Positions 1 to 15,374 of a stretch of DNA of 64,000 nt are shown piece by piece. Numbering within the stretch: the first letter of the stretch is position 1; each line of letters opens with the position of its first letter. The notes beneath the pieces were generated by a model. The model saw only the letters and a program-made list of their open reading frames with translations, was not told the origin of the DNA and did no database searches. The position numbers were made by a program, and so were the translations under genes. The stretch covers positions 2,596,699 to 2,660,698 of the forward strand of contig CM119269.1 in assembly GCA_051294375.1 (NCBI GenBank). Direction: 5' to 3'. This DNA comes from Paraspadella gotoi (taxonomy: Eukaryota; Animalia; Chaetognatha).

Positions 1-1081
1 AAAACATTTTTTTTCGGGGTGTTGAAGGAGGGACGTGGATGGGATATGGAGGGGAGGATCCTCTCCTCTTTTCTTTCCAGTTTTTCAAACCAAAAAGAAA
101 AGAAGAAAAAAGAAATTTCCATTCGAGGAATTCAACAAAAGAAAAGAAGAAAAGAAAAACCAAAGAAGCGAAAATGAATGGAAAAGTTTTGTTTTGCCTC
201 AATTCGACCGTGAACCGTCGGAGTTTGTGATCACCAAGCCGCGACCCCGTTCACACTTTTCACACAAAACGAATCGACTCTTTCACCAGAACTCGCGCAA
301 CCTTTTCGCGTCTCACCATATGCTGTCTCCCGATAAACTGCAATTTATCACACGTCAACAAATCACTGCCTTCTTCGATTCCATTTATCACGCGTCGATA
401 AATCACACCTCATTTAATCACTGCCACTTTATTTCGTGTGAAACGTTTATTCGCGTGGCCTTAACATGTGGTAGAAAACGAAACAACGGCCGGTAAACGA
501 AACAGCATGCGTTTCTTAGTTTCGCTCGTCTGCTTTTGTTTCCTTTGTTTTGATTTTCTTCCAACAAATAATCTTTTTAGTCTTTTTTAGAGAATCTTCC
601 CCTACCTTTTTGTTGTCACGTTTACTCCTATCGGTTCCACCATCCCCCAGTGCCTGACGCTATTTCATTCAACCCTATTTCTTTGACGAGACGGCGCTAA
701 TGGTGGCGCCCCACTTCGCCACGGAGAGAAAGATGACTCGTTAATTCAACAAAGAATCGAATATTAAGAAAAGAAAAAGAAATATAAAAAATGATAATAA
801 AATGTGAATTTTGTATGAGTTAAAGGAGAAAACTGCGACGTCGAAAAAAGGGAACAAGTTGAAAAGTTCATGTTTTTGCATATTAATATTAGATATAACC
901 AAATAACAAGTGATAGAAATATTCTGCTGAGTGTTTGAAATGCCTCAATGCCTCTAAGGCATAACAACAGAATTTCACTCTTACCGATTTCACTTTTCTG
1001 AGACGCTTGTTTGAAAATTTGGTCTCGGTTCTTTTGTCTCTAACGAGCACAGGCCTGAATGAATGGAATAAGTGAAAGTGA

Positions 1082-1113
<32 letters not shown>

Positions 1114-1278
1114 NNNNNNNNNNNNNNNNNNNNNNNNGAGAGAGAGAGAGAGAGAGAGAGATAAAGAGAGAGAGAGAAAGAGAGAAAGAGAGAGAGAGTC
1201 AAACATCCCAAACGATAAAGGGGTCTAAAAAACCTGAATAGAGAGCGAAAGAACAGCCCATTCATCAATTAAAGAAAC

Positions 1279-1363
<85 letters not shown>

Positions 1364-1391
1364 AGAAAGAGAAGAGAGAGAGAGAGAGATA

Positions 1392-1454
<63 letters not shown>

Positions 1455-3416
1455 TAAAAAAAAAGTTTAAGAGTTATGGAGATTCCTCTGGTGATTTCTT
1501 GCGCAAGGGCGTCACTTTGCCTGGTTAATTTTCGGCGCGGTCCTCCACGCGATGAACGCCTAAAAACGCCCGCGGCTTTAATTTCTGGGCGCCTTCTATT
1601 CGGCTTTAATTTTTATTTTATCTTCGCCGCCGCGTCTAATCGTTTTTGACCCGGTTTTATCGGAAGAAGGTTTTTTCATCATATTTCTTATTGTTATTGA
1701 AAACAGACTTTAACTTATTTAATATTTTTTTTAAAATAAAGAAAGAAAATTTATAATCCGTTAATCCGTTTAATTCCGTTATAACAAACAATGTGATTGG
1801 TATAATTACGTACAATCGGAAACCTAAACTTTTAACATGTTAAAATTTCTCCTCTCTGCGTCTCTCTCTCTCTCTCTCCTCTCGTCTCTCTTCTCGGTCT
1901 CTCTTCTCTCCTTCTCTCTCCTCTCTCACCTCTCCCTCTCTCTCTCTCTTCTCTCATCTCGTCTCTCTCTCTGTTCTCTTTCTTCCTCTCTAGTTAAATT
2001 TTCGTTCGCAGTTGTTGACTGGAGAACACCTGAATCCTGTGCGAAAGATATTTGTGAAACCGAGAAGCGACGGTGAGAGAAAAAAAACATTTTTTTCTTC
2101 GGGTGTTGAAGGAGGACCGTGGATGGGATCAGTGGAGGGAGATCCTCCCTCTACTTCTTTTCAGTTTTTCAAAACCAAAAAGAAAAGAGATAAAAAGAAA
2201 TTTCCATTCGAAGGAATTCACAAAAGAAAAGAAGAAAAGAAAACCAAAGAAGCGAAAATGAATGGAAAAAGTTTTGTTTATTGCCTCAAATTCGACGACG
2301 TGAACCTGTCGAGTTGTGATCACCAAGCCGCGACCGCAGTATCATCTCACATTTTCCACAAACACAAATGCGACGGCTTTCAACCAGAACTCGCGCAAAC
2401 CTTTTCGCTCTCAACCATATCTTGCTCTCCCGATAAAACTGCAATTTATCACAACGCTCAACAAAATCACTGGCCTCTTCGATTTCCATTTATCAACGCG
2501 TCGATAAATGCAAACACCGTCCACTCTTAATCACTGCCAACTCTTATTCTCGGTGAAACGTTTATTCGCGTGGCCTTAAAGACATGTTGGTAGAAAACGA
2601 AACGCGGTAAAACAACACGGCGCGTAAAGCCAACCGCCGTAACGAAACAGCATGCGTTTCGTTAGTTCGCTCGTGCTGCTTTTGTTTCCTTGTTTTATTT
2701 TCTTCCACAAAATAATCTTTTTAGTCTTTCTTTAAGAGAATCTTCCCTACGTTTGTTGTCAACGTTTTAATCCATCGTGTTCCCATCCCCCAGTGTCCTG
2801 AATCGCTATTTCATTCAACCCTATTTCTTTGACGAGACGGCGCTAATGGTGGCGCCCCACTTCGCCACGGAGAGAAAGATGACTCGTTAATTCAACAAAG
2901 AATCGAATATTAAGAAAAGAAAAAGAAATATAAAAAATGATAATAAAATGTGAATTTTGTATGAGTTAAAGGAAAAACTGCGACGTCCAAAAAAAAGGGA
3001 ACAAGTTGAAAAGTTCATGTTTTTGCATATTAATATTAGATATAACCAAATAACAAGTGATAAAATATTCTGCTGAGTGTTTGAAATGCCTCAATGCCTC
3101 TAAGCATAACAACAGAATTTCACTCTTACCGATTTCACTTTTCTGAGACGCTTGTTTGAAAATTTGGTCTCGGTTCTTTTGTCTCTAACGAGCCACAGGC
3201 CTGAATGATGGAATAAGTGAAGGAAAGAAGAAGAAAAAAGAAAGAAGAAAGAAAGAAAGAAGAAAGAAAGAAGAAAGGAAAGAAGAAGAAAGAAAGAAAG
3301 AAAGAAGGAAAGAAAGCAGGAAAGAGTAAAAAAAGCAGAGAAAGAAGCGAAAGAGAGAGCGAAAGAGGGCGAAAGAGAGAGAGAGAGAGAGAGAGAAGAG
3401 AGAGAGAAGAGAGAGA

Positions 3417-3492
<76 letters not shown>

Positions 3493-3640
3493 AAGAGAGA
3501 GAGAAGAAGAGAGAGAGAGAGAGAATAAAGAGAGAGAGAGAAAGAGAGAAAGAGAGAGAGAGTCAAACATCCCAAACGATAAAGGGGTCAAAAAACTGAA
3601 TAGAGAGGCGAAAGAACAGCCCATTCATCAATTAAAGAAA
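1..3640 (+). repeat. Direct duplication: about 1-1280 repeated at about 2083-3640 (probable assembly artefact)
   Basis: The two copies are colinear (e.g. gacgagacggcgctaatggtggcgcc at ~685 and ~2831). The second copy has many 1-bp insertions typical of raw long reads. A ~25-N gap lies at 1114-1137. Confidence 0.85.
1280..1453. repeat. (AG)n microsatellite, representative of dozens in the window (e.g. 6404-6476, 9011-9107, 10436-10560, 36691-36805, 39660-39773, 40654-40772, 42800-42925)
   Basis: Directly visible dinucleotide runs. They produce the ER/SL-repeat pseudo-ORFs. Confidence 0.98.
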
Positions 3641-3644
3641 CGTG

Positions 3645-4027
<383 letters not shown>

Positions 4028-5514
4028 AAAGGGATTAAAAATGAGTAAAAAGAGAACAGAAAGATAGAGATTTCCGACGACTGAGACGAAAAGATAGAAA
4101 AAGATAGAAAGTTTAAAGCTCCCCCTGGACTTTTTTTTATCATCATCACCTCTACAACTTTTGATCCATAGCGACCCAGCCAGCCTCGTTCTGGCAAACA
4201 CAATTGTGAAACTAACTTGAGATGCAGTCAGATGAGTTTGATTTGCGTTGGCATTTTCTTCTCAACTTGAATCTATGTATTTAATAAGAGCACTTACACT
4301 TATAATTATAAATTTTCGAAAAAGAAAAGTTTTATTATAGCATAGCACAAATAATCGTATCTAAAATTATTTTTTAACATTGTGACTTAATTTTTTTTCT
4401 CATTATTTTTTTTTCTTCACGGGTCGAAAGCCAAACTGCCATTTATAAAATGCACTTCACATCTCGTATTCGACTAAGCTATTAAACCGCGACTCCATTC
4501 CCGCATCACTTCGCCCCATTTCTCCATCACCCCTCCATCACTCCATCAAAACAATATCGCCAAATCGGGCAAAGATCAAAAGAAATAAGAATCGAAATGA
4601 TATTTTTTTTTCTTCCCAGATTATTTTTGTTTCCCGAAGCTGAAAGTAGTTTTTTTTTGTTCTTTCTTTTTTGTATTTTCTTTCTTTCTTGTTTTCCATT
4701 GTTGGATTCTTTTTATTTGCGCTTTGGATCGGGAGGGAGGGTTTGCCTCACGAGGACGCGTCGGGGGGGGAGGCAGTGCGTTAGGATTACAGGTCGGAAG
4801 GTTGGGGATTTTGATGGCGAGGAAAGCTTTCTTTGGAATGAAAGGGATTCGCCGGTTTGTTCAGCAATTATAAGAGATTATTTAACGGTTGTGTGTTCCT
4901 GATTTAACTGTGTGATCAAACTCGATAATAAACAGAAGTTGTTTCTCATAATTCACTTTATCGAGTCGAGATCACACCGCCGGTGGCCGTCCCCATGTAC
5001 CAATGACCCAAAATGACGCGGTGAAGCAAACAAAAGACTTACGTTGTCTCGAACAAACAAAAACCAAAAACGACTGCAGCGCTGAACGGGAACGTATTTG
5101 ATGAATTTAGAAGAAAAAATAAAAAATAAAATATTTTTCTCAATGCGTAGTTTTTATTTGTTAGGGGGAGAAAAAAAGAAAGAAAGAAAGAAAGAAAGAA
5201 AGAAACACAGAAACCAAGAAACCAAGAAAGAAACAAAAACAAAAGAAAACAAGAAGTTAGTAATACGGAACGATAATTTTTACTTTTAGGAATGAAATTT
5301 TTGACATATTATTTCCTACTTCCCTCATACAAAGTAACTGCTCAACATAAAACTGTGACATCCTCTCGACTCTGTTCAGTGTTCACAGTTCACACTCCTG
5401 TCACGACTAAAATTCATTATTATAACTGTATAATTATTTGAAATAACAAACGTCTCCCTTTGCTATTATTTCGACATTCTCATGAAAATACCATTCGTAT
5501 CAACTCGCCGCTGC

Positions 5515-5571
5515 AACAAAAACAACAACAACAACAACTACAACAACAACAAAAACAACAACAACAACAAC
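5515..5571. repeat. (AAC)n microsatellite
   Basis: Visible aacaacaac run. Confidence 0.9.
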
Positions 5572-5883
5572 CCAGTCTCGGAAAAGCTCCCGTTTCCTCC
5601 GCCACCCAACAATTACCATCACTCCATTAACCGTCTCCGCTCTCCCCGACGGCCGCTCCAGCGACCGCCACTCCAGCGACGGGCGCGCGGCCTCGTTCTC
5701 CCCATTCGCCGACTCTCGCGGGAATTTCAGGGGTTTTGAAACATCGGGAATTCAAGGCTAAATTCAGGAGATGGTTTTCGGATAAAAGGCCTTAAGTGGA
5801 TGGGCTTGGGAGGCGACAGGAACTGATTTGTAACCGAGAGTATTTGCGTGCGCGGAGCGTGTGAGGATGCGTGCGAATGGAAG

Positions 5884-5921
<38 letters not shown>

Positions 5922-5946
5922 CAGAGATTGAGAAGACGAAGAGAGC

Positions 5947-5977
<31 letters not shown>

Positions 5978-6400
5978 TACATAAGATTTGAATTGCATAT
6001 TTTGAAACGTTGATGAAGATGGAACGAAATTAGAGCGAAAGAGAAGGAGAAAAGGAGAAAAAAGGGAAAAAAGAAAGGAGGGAAGAATCGAGAAAGGTTA
6101 GAAAGTTCGTTCTACATGAAAGGAATGAAGGCCTCCAAAAGCATAAATTAAATGAGAAAGAAAAAAAAAAGAGTTTAAAAAAGACGACGGAGTCACTTTA
6201 TTTTAGAAAAAAAAAGAGTAAATTATAATCTAATCTTTTGAAAATTGAAAAGCGGAAATTTTTTCATCATATTTTGTTGAAATGTATGTTTAATTTATTA
6301 AATAATGCGATTAGTTCAAAGATCAAAAAAAGAAGGAACTTTTTTTTTCGTACAGGATGTCACCCATCAATGAGTCCGCGTTGACCTGCAGAAGAGTGAC

Positions 6401-6477
<77 letters not shown>

Positions 6478-7129
6478 AAAGACGTCAGACGACGCGTCTC
6501 GCGCAAGCGTGCATTGATCGTGTAACTCTATCCTTAAGCAATTGTCCAATGTCCAATGTTAAATTCAACGAATGCGTTTTAAGCAGATGCCATGGCATGG
6601 CATGGCATGGCCCATGCAAGCCGAATTAAAGTGCACCGATAAGAAGCTGCGCGTCCCGGAACACCGACGCGTCTTGTTGTAAAATAAAATGTTAAAAACT
6701 GCGCGCGACTCTTCTTCTTTCTTCTTATTTTTTTTTCTCTCCGAGCGCGTATACATCGGTTTTTCCGGTTGGAGCCCCTATCTTTTGCGTGCGTCCGTGC
6801 TTTTACCCAGTCTTGCGTGCAGCAGTCTTGCGTGCAAAGTCGCACGTAATCGGTTTTGAGTTTCTACTCATCGCAGAGGAAAAAGACTTCGACTTCTTCA
6901 AATCTGATTCTGTGACGAGAAATCGATTTTCGCCTCGAAAAATTCGTTAAACCAAAAAAAAAGAAGGAAAAAACTAGAACCGGAAAGTTCAAATAGTTGC
7001 GCCGCAGTAACTTTCGAATTTCCAATGATCGTGATCATGCTTGTGCATTTCATGATGTATTGCTGCATCACTTTTGTACCAAGTATCAATCAATATGATG
7101 AGTTATGAGTTATGAGCATTTAAAACTAA

Positions 7130-7257
7130 AGTGGGACTGACCAATGGATATCTAGACAGACTGAACGATAGACTAACAGACAGACAGACCGACAAACCGA
7201 CCGAAATGTCACTTAAATAGAGTTGCTCCGGGAATAATCGCGGCACAACTACAAAAT
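7130..7257 (-). mobile_element. Fragment of DINE-1/HINE-like short interspersed element
   Basis: GACA/GACC tetramer tract, accgaccgaaatgt and cgcggcacaactacaaaa, shared with the copy at 8630-8713. Confidence 0.5.
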
Positions 7258-8392
7258 CGACCCGCTTTCGGTTCCGTAATTTACTTGTCAGTCAGGCAGT
7301 CGTACACTGTCCACTGTCAATAAGTCAATCGAGGCCGCGGACAATGGGATTGGTCAATGGGCACGGGGCCTTCTGTCCAACGTGTTAAAACAGGCTCGGA
7401 GACAATCTCTCAACAACAGTCTATCGGAGCAACAGGACATAAGGCATTTCGTTCAAATAAGCCGTCAACAGGTTTTGAGGCAATCTTTCAAACAGGCCTT
7501 CGGTGCATTAAAGAGTCAGACCATTAAGACTTAGACGTAACTAAATTCACACGTACTTCTGAAGCACAACGCTGTTTGTCAAGTGTCCGAGTAACCATAA
7601 TTAAATCGTTTTTGAAAAATATGTAGCAGCATCGACAGTTTTACTAACTTTAATTTCATTGTATTTGAAAGAGGGACAACAAAGTCGAAAATACAAAGAA
7701 AGGCAATATTTGTTGTGACAAGAAATAATCAATCCTCGGCACTTTGTTTGTTTGTTTCTTTTTTTGTTGTTGTTTTGGTTGTTTTTAATAATCTGGATGA
7801 AAAAAAAAACGGAAAATGGAAAAAAATTTGAGACAATTCTGATTTTGTGTTTATCTTCGCTGAAAAACAGAAGATTTGAAGAATAAGAAAATGTAGATTA
7901 GCGACAACAAAAACAGACGCCGAGAAACGAATCATGAGTACGAGATATTTTAGATGAAACGATGAAGGAAACGTCTTCAGTTCGGGAAAGAATTCCATCG
8001 GTGTTATTGCGAAAGAGAATATGAAAAAAAAAACGAGTAAGAGGTTTGTGGTTACTAACGATCGAATCGGAAAAGTTATTGATCTCTTGGTTTGGAAACA
8101 TTCTTACTTATTTCTATAATTGAAAGGCTAAGTCAAAACAATGAGCGGCAAAAAAAGTGGATACCCTTACTTTATTGATAAGTATCATATGAAAATATAA
8201 TAATAAAAAAAAATTAGGGCCCATTTAAAAGTAATTTTTAAAAAAATATATAAATAGAAAAACAACTAAACAACGAAAGAAAACTAAAAAACAAACAAAA
8301 AAACAAACAAGAATCTAACGAATTCATCAAAAACTTGGCAAGAAAAAGAAAGAACTTGCGACCTGTCCCTCTCTCTCTCTCTCTCTCTCTCT

Positions 8393-8443
<51 letters not shown>

Positions 8444-8629
8444 AAAAGGAGCGCATAAAAATGACCGGAAAGAAGATGAGGGATTCAATTTAATTCGATT
8501 TCATTACAGCAAAGAGCGACGAGAGGGAGAAGACCGGTGAGCAGTAGGGGTGAAAGTCGGTCGAGAGGGTGAGAAAAATGAAGGTGAGGCGGATGATTCG
8601 GAACAGACCGAGGGACAGAGATACTCCCC

Positions 8630-8713
8630 GACCGACCAATTGACCTGCCGACAGACAGACTGACAGACCGACCGAAATGTGACATATCTAGTACTCGCGG
8701 CGCAACTAAAAAT
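8630..8713 (-). mobile_element. Fragment of DINE-1/HINE-like short interspersed element
   Basis: agtactcgcggcgcaactaaaaa (8690-8712) is the reverse complement of tttttagttgcgccgcgagtact at 50074-50096. It is adjacent to a (GACA/GACC)n tract. Confidence 0.55.
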
Positions 8714-9008
8714 GTTATAAACAGAATGAAGTTAAAATATTAGCAAAATTTTCATGTTGATAAAAATCGAGTGTTTTTTTTTTATTGCATAATGTGTAGC
8801 ATATGCTCCGAATTTAGGCTCTTTTTTCAATAATTGTTTAATAAAAACGCGATAAATATTATTAATCGCCTCACATATCCTTTTTCAATCTTCGTAGACA
8901 GTGAAAAAGGTGGAAAACAGATGCTCTGCGAACCTGTGAGAATTATAGAAAACGAAAGATCTTTTTATCTGACGTCAACCGTGAGGATCACAGACGAATT
9001 AATCTTTG

Positions 9009-9114
<106 letters not shown>

Positions 9115-9469
9115 CCCCACCATCTCACAACTCAAAAATCTTTTTCTCGCTTTGGCTCGCTCCCAGAATGATCGTTGGCCTCAGCTCCGTTCCCGTCTTT
9201 ATGGAGTTTGAATCGCCGAAGCCTAAGCGTCCATATTTCGAAGGAAACTCGGCGAATATTAGGCGCTGAGCCGCGGCGCCAAGGAGAGAGACAAGCGGCG
9301 CGGAGGGGTTAACGTAGGGCTAAGTGTCATGGCCTCTGTGATAAGATTGCTGACATGACGCTTTTAAAACGCGGGGATAGCGTACAAACCATTAAAAATA
9401 GTAGGCAGAAAGAGAGAGAAAAGAAAGAGAGAGAGAGAGATAACGAGGCGGATTTTTGGAAGGCATAAG

Positions 9470-9556
9470 TAGGGCGTCGATGCGCGCGTCGCCGCTTCCG
9501 GCCACGCCCACCGCGCATCGCGTGACATCATAAGAGAGATTAGATAGGCGGGCGTG
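9470..9556. promoter_or_regulatory. CpG-rich motif cluster (ETS, SP/KLF, CRE-like)
   Basis: cttccgg, ccacgccc and tgacatca occur within ~50 bp of a GC-rich island. Motif matches only. Confidence 0.3.
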
Positions 9557-9704
9557 GAGGAAAAGGAGGAAAAGGAGGAAAGGAAAGAAGAAAACAATAT
9601 GGAGGAGGAAAGAGGAGAAAATGAAACGGGATGAGAGGAGGCGGGACGAGAAAGACGGGTGAGGTCGCGACGCCAGGAGTGGAGGGAAACGTTTAATCGG
9701 ATCA

Positions 9705-10000
9705 GATGGGAAGGGAGATGAATGAGGAATGAGATGAGATGGGAAGGGATGAAGCGAGATGAATGAGGAAGGAGATGAGATGGGAAGGGATGAAGTGAGA
9801 TGAATGAGGAAAGAGATGAGATGGGAAGGAATTAAGTGAGATGAATGATGAAAGAGATGAGATGGGAAGGGATGAAGCAAGATGAATGAGGAAAAAGATG
9901 AGATGGGAAGAGATGTAGCAAGATGAATGAGGAAAGAGATGAGATGGGAAGGCATGAAGCGAGATGAATGAGGAAAGAGATGAAATGGGAAGGGATGATA
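9705..10000. repeat. 41-bp purine-rich minisatellite, about 7 copies
   Basis: Unit approx. gatgaatgaggaaagagatgagatgggaagggatgaagcga, recurring every 41 bp. Confidence 0.9.
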
Positions 10001-10433
10001 TCATATGAATGGGACAAGGGATGAAATGGGATTGTACCAAATGACATAAATGGGAAAAGAGAATATATTATACAGGTTTAATTTGAATGAAAGAAAGATG
10101 AGATGGGAAGGTATGAATTGAAATGAACAAGAAGAGGACTAAGCTGAGCTGCGATGTTTTATAGGACGAAATGAGATGGGAGAAAATAGGATGAGAAAAA
10201 TTGACCGAATGGAAGAATGAAGAATGGAAAAAGGACGACATGATATCTCATGAGCTGGCAGCCAAAGAGGAGGAATGGCATCGGATGCCTCTGGATGAGA
10301 CGTCAAGTCGCGAGATGGCATCGGATGATATTTTTAGGCGACAAGCGAAAGCCGCGATTTCTGGCAATGAAGTCCTGGATTTGGAGAACGACGCTGCGAT
10401 GCGTCAATTGACGAGACGCGAGCCTCGTTTTTG

Positions 10434-10565
<132 letters not shown>

Positions 10566-10908
10566 AAGAAAAAAAGAGAGAGCTTCTGAATTACCAGATA
10601 AAAACTGCCAAGACAGGATTTCTTGAGATGAATCGACCGCAGGAGAGTCGAAAGCTCCGATCGACGCTCGGCTTATGGTTCCGAGAAAAACCCCCCCCCC
10701 CAAAAAAAAAATCCTTTTTAAGTTGAAGGATCGCATTAACGATGGTTCGCTCCCGTTAAAGAGCAGTTTAGAAAGCCAGTCTTGGATACACTGATATGCG
10801 TCATGGATCGATCTTGATCCTAATAATATTATCATGTAATAATATTAATAAGTATATATAAATCGAGTGTACTCTGTTAATCTAACCCGATCTCAAATTT
10901 CTTTTCAG

Positions 10909-10983
10909 GCGCATTTGCTGTCACGATTGAGCTGCGGAACTGTATTTTTAATCGGAGAATTATTGATCTCTGGACTAAACCAG
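10909..10983 (+). CDS. Candidate internal exon (75 nt), product unknown
   Basis: Branch-like ctaac, then tttcttttcag acceptor and CAG|gtaact donor. Length is a multiple of 3. Open in two frames, e.g. AFAVTIELRNCIFNRRIIDLWTKP. Confidence 0.4.
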
Positions 10984-11002
10984 GTAACTTGATAGAGAGG
11001 AG

Positions 11003-11059
<57 letters not shown>

Positions 11060-11060
<1 letters not shown>

Positions 11061-12900
11061 TCAAGAAATGAAGAGAAATAATTTTCCTTACATAGACAAT
11101 AACAGCATTCAAACAAGAGAGTTCAATATGGAATCATAAATTTATTTTTTGAATCCAAAAATATTATTTCTTTAATCGTAGTCATTAGTTATACAAGCCC
11201 TGATATTTTTCGGCAGACAACTTGTTTCGTAACAAATTACGTAACGACTCTATTAATTTGCGTGAAGGACAGAAATAACGACTTGATCTCGGTTTTCATG
11301 CTATTACGGAGCGATTGTTATACAATAAAGTTCAGGGCTGAACTAATCGAATAACTGTTTATTATCTCAGTAATGATAATTTAAAAAAAAAAGTGCACGA
11401 CAATTATTCTTAAGTTTTTAATTTAACCAAAAACCACTAAAATTAATCACAAAGCTAAATTTCGAACATGAGAAGAAATAGGAAAAAAAACTCTTTTTTT
11501 CGTTGATAATTTAAATTGATTAGTATCAAGTTTTTCACGTCCGATTGTTAGTAAGATCAACTAATCCAACCACCGAAAAGCCGGTTACATTTTTTTTTCA
11601 AGAGTTTAAATATTTTTCTCCTTCTTCGCGAGAAGCACGAGAGCCTCGAGCTCTCGCTTTATTTCTTCCAGATCTTCTTTCTCGTCATTTCTCTTTTCTT
11701 CTTTCGTCTCCTTCTTGGGGAACAATTTTTCCACGAGTTTGTCCTTCTCTTCTTTTTTATCTTCTTCCATTTTCTCTTCTCTCTTCTCATTAATTTGTTC
11801 AACTTCCGCTTTTTCCTCCTTCTTTTCCTCTCTCTTTTTATTTTCTTCTTCTTCTTCTTCTTCTTCTTCTTCTTCTTCCTCCATCTCTTCATCTCTCTTT
11901 TGATTTTCTTCTTCCTCTTCTTCTTCTTCATCTTNNNNNNNNNNNNNNNNNNNNNNNNNTGAATGAGACCATTGAGACATGATTGAGAAGAGAGAGACTG
12001 GAGAGAAGAGAAGAGCAAAGATGAGAGAGTAGAGATCGAGAGAGTAGAGAAATGAAGCGAAAATAATTTTCCTTACATAGACAATAGTCAGCATTCAAAC
12101 CAAGAGGTTCCAATATGGAATCAGTAATTATTTTTTGATCCAACAAATATTATTTCCTCTTTAATCGTAGTCATTATTATACAAGCCTGATATTTTTTCG
12201 GCAGACAACTTGTTTTCGTAACAATTACGTACGATCTATAATTTGCGTCGAAGACAGAAAAAACTCTGGATCTTGAGAATATTATCCCAATGTATTACGG
12301 AGCGATTGTTATTACAATAAAGTTCAGGGCTGAACTAATCGAAATAACTGTTTATTATCTCCTCAATATATTATTAAAAAAAGTGCACGACAATTATTCT
12401 TAAAGGTTGTTAATTTAACCAAAAACCACTAAAATATCAATACTAATATTTCGAACATGAGTAAGAAATAGGAAAAAAAAACCTTTTTTTTCGTGATATT
12501 TTAAATTGATAGTAATCAAGTTTTTCACCGTCCGATTTGTTATTAAGACATACTAATCCAACCACCTGAAAAGCCGGTTACATTTTTTTTGTCAAGAGTT
12601 TAATATTTTTCTCCTTCTTCGCGAGAGAATGCACGGAGAGCCTCGAGCTCTCGCTTTATTTCTTCAGATCTTCTCTTCTCGTCATTCTCTTTCTTCTCTT
12701 CGTCTCCTTCTTGGGGAACAATTTTCACGAGTTTGCCTTCTCTTCTTTTTATTCTCTTCACATTTCTCTTCCTTTCTCATTAATTTGTTCAACTTCCGCT
12801 ATTCTTCCTCCTTCTTTTCCCTCTCTCTTTTTTATTCTTCTTCTTCTTCTTCTTCTTTCTTCTTCTTCTTCCTCATCCTTCTTCATCTTCTTTGATTCTT
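11060..12900 (+). repeat. Direct duplication about 11060-11934 / 12050-12900 (probable assembly artefact)
   Basis: Colinear copies; the second is indel-rich. They are separated by the 25-N gap at 11935-11959. Confidence 0.85.
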
Positions 12901-13700
12901 TTCTTCTTCTTCCTTCTTTTCCTCTCTCTCTCTTTGAACTCTCTTTCTCTCTTTCTTTTCCTCCATCTCTCATCCCCTTTTGATTTCTTCTTCCTCTTCT
13001 TCTTCTCTTCTTCTTTTTCCTCCATCTCTTATCCCTCTTTTGATTTTCTTTCCTCTTCTTCGTTATCTTTCTTTTTTTCCTCCATCCTCTTCATCCCTCT
13101 TTTGATTTTCTTCTTCCTCTTCTTCTATCCTTTCTTCTTTTCCTCCATCTCTTCATCCCCTTCTTTTGATTTTTCTCTCTTCTCTCTCTTCGTCTTCTTC
13201 TTTTTTCCTCCATCTCTTCATTCCCTCTTTTGATTTCTTCTTCTCTTCTTCTCAGTCTTCTTCTTTTTCCTCCATCTCTTCATCCTCTTTTGATTTTCTC
13301 TTCCTCTTCTTCTTCTTCTCTTCTTCTTTTTCTCCATCTCTTCAGCCTCTTTTGATTTTCTTCTTCCTTTCTTCTTTTCGTCTTCTTCTTTTGTCCTCCA
13401 TCTTCATCCCTCTTTTTGATTCTCCTTTCTTCTTCTCTCTCTCTTTTCTCCTTCATCTCTTTGATTTCTTCTTCCTCCATCCATCTCTTCATCCCTCTTT
13501 TGATTTTCTTCTTCCTCTTCCTCTTCCTCTTCCTCATCTCTCTTCTTCTGATTGTCAATCTCATCTTCTTCTTCTTTCACCTCTTCCTTATCATCTCTCT
13601 TCTGCTCGGGTTCTTCCTCCTCCTCCTCTTCTTCCTCCTTATCCTCTCTCTTCACTTCTTTCTCCAATTCTTTTTCAATTTCTTTTTCTTCCTTCTTTTC
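12890..13700. repeat. Pyrimidine-rich degenerate minisatellite (~45-bp unit built on CTT)
   Basis: Recurrent tttgattttcttcttcctc...cctccatctcttcatccctc units. Confidence 0.8.
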
Positions 13701-14892
13701 CTTCATCTCTTTTTTCTCTTTGCCCAGTTCTTCGATGAGTTCTCTCGCAAATTCTTGCAAGAGGCTCTCTTCCTCCTCCCGTTTGGTTTCCTCCGCATCT
13801 GCGATCGAACGTAAAGAAAAATTGATTCGATTAGAATCGATATCATTAGGAGTCGACGTTGTTCTTAGAAGTTTAGGAATATTTATTAGTATGATATGAT
13901 AAAAGTAACGTGAACTGCTCCATTTGAGCAAAATTTTTATTTATTTAAGTAAAAGTAAAAGAGAAACTAGTGATCGGAATTCTAAGCGTTTTCAACCAAA
14001 AGTCATCTTGAATGAAGAAAATATCATATGGAAGGGGAAGATTTTCTTAAGTTTTCTTTTAATATTTTTTATATTCAAGATTCGATTTACATGAAACTTA
14101 AAATTAAGAATATTCCCGACATTCTACATCGACCAGTATAAAAATATATCTAAAAAGCCTCTGCATTTCTAAAAGAAAATTCAGTCCTAGATATATCAAA
14201 CTATAAATATATTCAGACCTAAAATAGAACTTTATTTGTTATTCATACTATATTTATTTGATATCTTAACGTTATAAATTTCTCATCAATGTAATAATTA
14301 CAAACTAGGAGTCGTTCAGTTCTTAACTCTTTATTATCAAACGTCAAACTTACTTGGTTCCTTGGAGTAAGTCGACTTTTTAAGGGGAATCGATGCCACG
14401 AGTGCAACACCTAAAAAGATTACATTTGAATAACAGATATGTTACTAGGATACGAAAAAATAAGTGTAGAGTTATTGCGAATGTTAAAAACATACGTAGA
14501 AAAAAAAACAACTAAAAAGACAGGGATCTTGTTTTAATGATTTCCATATATTTGTAACATGTTAAGGGATTATTATTAAGCAAAATAACAATTAAAGATG
14601 CAATCTTGACGGTTATATTCATCACAAAACGAGCCAGACCGTATCTAAGACAATATAAATAACAAAAATTTCATTGAAAAAAACAAAAAACAAAAAAACA
14701 AAGTAACTTACCCACAAGAAACAAAAATACAGTCGTGTAAATCTTCATCGTAACCAATTAAAAAAGATTTTAGTTCTGAGAGATAAAATTTAACGAATTT
14801 GAATAAGAAATAAATTTCAGCTCGTTGTAAAATGATCTCGAACAAACGAAGTCTGCCGTTTGCTATAAGAATGAAACAAATCAGGTTTTTTT

Positions 14893-14923
<31 letters not shown>

Positions 14924-15374
14924 AAGAGAGAAAGAGAGAAAGAGAGAAAGAGATTGTTCAATTCAGGTTTTCTTTTACAATTTCTTTCAAAACCGGATTC
15001 TCTCTCGTCGAGATTTTCTTGAATCTGCGCGAGAGGTTGCCCGACTCCAGGTTGCCCGACTCCAGGAGCCTACATGTAGTATTGTCGGTCGTGAACCGAG
15101 ATTGCGTAAATCGGTTGACGTCGGAAAATTTCGATACCGACTAGGATCTGTGGGATGGCCAGCTGTAATGAGGGGGGGGTCGTCATTGTGGTGGTCCTTG
15201 TGGTCGTAGTACTTGTGGTGGTCGGAAAAAAAATAAGGACGAATATTGTGGTGCTTCAAAATCTAGATGACACTATGAATGTTTTTGTAGGAATATATTC
15301 AAACTTTTCCTAACTGTAGTTGTCATGATAGTTCGTTTTTAGTCATTTTGTTATGTCCGCTAAGGTGGCTGTGG